IMG/VR virus record: IMGVR_UViG_3300020041_000041
Coordinates: 1-5,072 of that record
Length of the DNA stretch: 5,072 nucleotides
From: a virus
Strand: one strand, 5' to 3'
Part shown: in pieces, positions 4,146 through 5,072 of the stretch
How positions within the stretch are numbered: the first letter of the stretch is position 1
How the letters are laid out: every line of letters starts with the position of its first letter
Notes under the pieces: generated by a model
Databases searched by the model: none
What the model was told of the DNA's origin: nothing
Seen by the model: only the letters and a program-made list of their open reading frames with translations
Position numbers and translations under genes: made by a program

Positions 4146-5044
4146 GATAGGTCTCCTTCGAGCGGTCTAATAAGTTTTTTAGCAACCTCAATCTGATGTT
4201 GCTCCTTCTGGAGTAAGCGGGTGACCGTCTCAGTTTTAACCGCTTTCTTCCGCCTTTCCTTAAGTATATCATACCTTTCGGAATCCGTCAAATGCAAAAA
4301 ATCATCATAATAAGATGGTGGCCTAGTAATCATACCATCAGGCAAAACGACCTTATCATAATTGTAAACATCATTGTAATATTTAACAATCCAATCATGG
4401 GCTATGCCTGGGCGACGGCTCATAGTGATAAATTCAGGCGTACGACCATTATAATGCGCGGGCGCATCCTTGCCATAGACCTTTTTTGTCACGTAGCGGG
4501 CTACATAAGCACAGCTATTAAAAGTAACATTACCAATAGTATGGAACCCAAAAGGCCAAAGAGAAAACAAAAAGTCAGAGATAAAAAGCGGCCCATAAGG
4601 TGTAGACCGCAATAACTGTCTATCATCAGCAAAATCATAGCCAAAAATAATGAGATGATAATGAGGACGCAAATTTTTGTCACCGTACTCACCACACGCA
4701 AAGAAACGAATCTTGATATTCTGATAACTCAGAGCCTTGCGAAGGCGCTTAAGGAAAAGCTGAACATCACGAACATTGACAGAGTTAGACTCCGGGAGGT
4801 GCTGATCATCAAAGGTAAGCGTTAAAAAACAATTACGGTCATGCAAAGAAGCCTCATGGACGCATCTGACTGCCCATTGTCTGGAATGCGCCAAACGACA
4901 ACCAATACACCGGCCGCAAGGAATCGTACAAGGTTCAGCACCTCGAGCTGGAGGACTCGAAGGTGAACCAAACACAATACGATGGCCAGAAGGTGCCGAT
5001 GGATCCGGCACCTTCCAACAATCAATAGGATGATAACAAGCCAT
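4142..5044 (-). CDS. VP4: Replication initiation protein VP4 (rolling-circle HUH endonuclease, phiX174 gpA family)
   Basis: 300-aa ORF. Motif I is CFLTLTF (aa 72-78). The HUH motif is HYHLII (aa 128-133; CAT TAT CAT at 4663..4655). Paired tyrosines lie in YVARYVTKK (Y180/Y184, 4507..4493), like the two catalytic Tyr of phiX174 gpA. An N-terminal Cys cluster PCGRCIGCRL is typical of gokushovirus VP4. The start ATG overlaps the upstream stop (TAATG). Confidence 0.93.
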   Translation of the reverse strand: MACYHPIDCWKVPDPSAPSGHRIVFGSPSSPPARGAEPCTIPCGRCIGCRLAHSRQWAVRCVHEASLHDRNCFLTLTFDDQHLPESNSVNVRDVQLFLKRLRKALSYQNIKIRFFACGEYGDKNLRPHYHLIIFGYDFADDRQLLRSTPYGPLFISDFLFSLWPFGFHTIGNVTFNSCAYVARYVTKKVYGKDAPAHYNGRTPEFITMSRRPGIAHDWIVKYYNDVYNYDKVVLPDGMITRPPSYYDDFLHLTDSERYDILKERRKKAVKTETVTRLLQKEQHQIEVAKKLIRPLEGDLS

Positions 5045-5072
5045 TAAATTCTAAATCCGCCGCGCATAGGGC
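4952..5072. repeat. Right copy of the exact 121-nt terminal direct repeat (circular-contig overlap)
   Basis: Identical to 1..121. Bases 5044..5072 duplicate the 3' end of the VP8-like gene (equivalent to 93..121). Confidence 0.97.

Larger units (their letters stand above)
1..4951 (-). other. One full unit of a circular ssDNA Microviridae (gokushovirus-like) genome; the coding/viral-sense strand is the window minus strand
   Basis: Exact 121-nt overlap between the window ends gives a 4,951-nt period. The gene set is VP4, VP5-like, VP3, VP1, VP2 and a J/VP8-like peptide, all on one strand and tightly packed with overlapping stop/start codons (ATGA, TAATG). The coding strand is visibly T-rich. 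No phiX-type external scaffold (D) or spike (G) genes are recognisable. Confidence 0.9.

Noticed and set aside
210-4615. All plus-strand ORFs in the track (210..545, 591..1061, 1030..1365, 1558..2043, 2062..2523, 2945..3136, 3816..4196, 4292..4615)
   Set aside because: Each lies antisense to a minus-strand gene whose product carries recognisable microvirus motifs. Their translations are low-complexity (Arg/Ser/Ile/Lys-rich, as expected from the A-rich strand). At least one (210..545) starts on GTG. Microviridae transcribe one strand only.
1584-5025. Same-strand out-of-frame ORFs inside VP1, VP3 and VP4 (1584..1961, 1977..2186, 2328..2582, 2956..3165, 4501..4701, 4822..5025), several very hydrophobic and superficially like the phiX174 E lysis protein
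   Set aside because: I checked the start codons and all six begin on GTG or TTG, not ATG. For the two upstream regions I read through, neither has a usable SD: none before 4701, and the GAGG before 2186 abuts its GTG. Hydrophobicity is the expected by-product of off-frame reading of a T-rich coding strand. Only the 3493..3609 ORF, with an ATG next to an SD, was kept as a speculative finding.
1-5072. Scan for tRNA, rRNA, CRISPR repeats, integrase/transposase or defence-system genes
   Set aside because: No cloverleaf-like structures, no spaced direct repeats and no ORFs beyond the seven described. The only long repeat is the assembly overlap.

Overview
The window holds one complete circular Microviridae (gokushovirus-like) ssDNA phage genome, shown as the reverse complement, so every real gene is on the minus strand. 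Bases 1..121 are repeated exactly at 4952..5072. The true unit is therefore a 4,951-nt circle, and the overlap is almost certainly an assembly artefact. Gene order on the coding (minus) strand is: VP4 replication initiator (HUH endonuclease), a small acidic VP5-like protein, a ~250-nt GC-rich hairpin-dense non-coding region with an intrinsic terminator, an orphan 68-aa four-cysteine zinc-ribbon ORF, VP3 internal scaffolding protein, a 172-nt non-coding region with a 12-bp hairpin, VP1 major capsid, VP2 pilot/minor capsid, and a 38-aa Arg/Lys-rich J/VP8-like DNA-binding peptide. That last gene starts on GTG, is missing from the supplied ORF track, and ends in a TAATG overlap with the VP4 start across the circle junction. 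There are no tRNA, rRNA, CRISPR, integrase or transposase signals. The non-canonical part is 3398..3887: the zinc-ribbon orphan, a hydrophobic 38-aa ORF overprinted on its start, and the structured non-coding region. All functional calls come from reading the translations against remembered family hallmarks. No database search was run.
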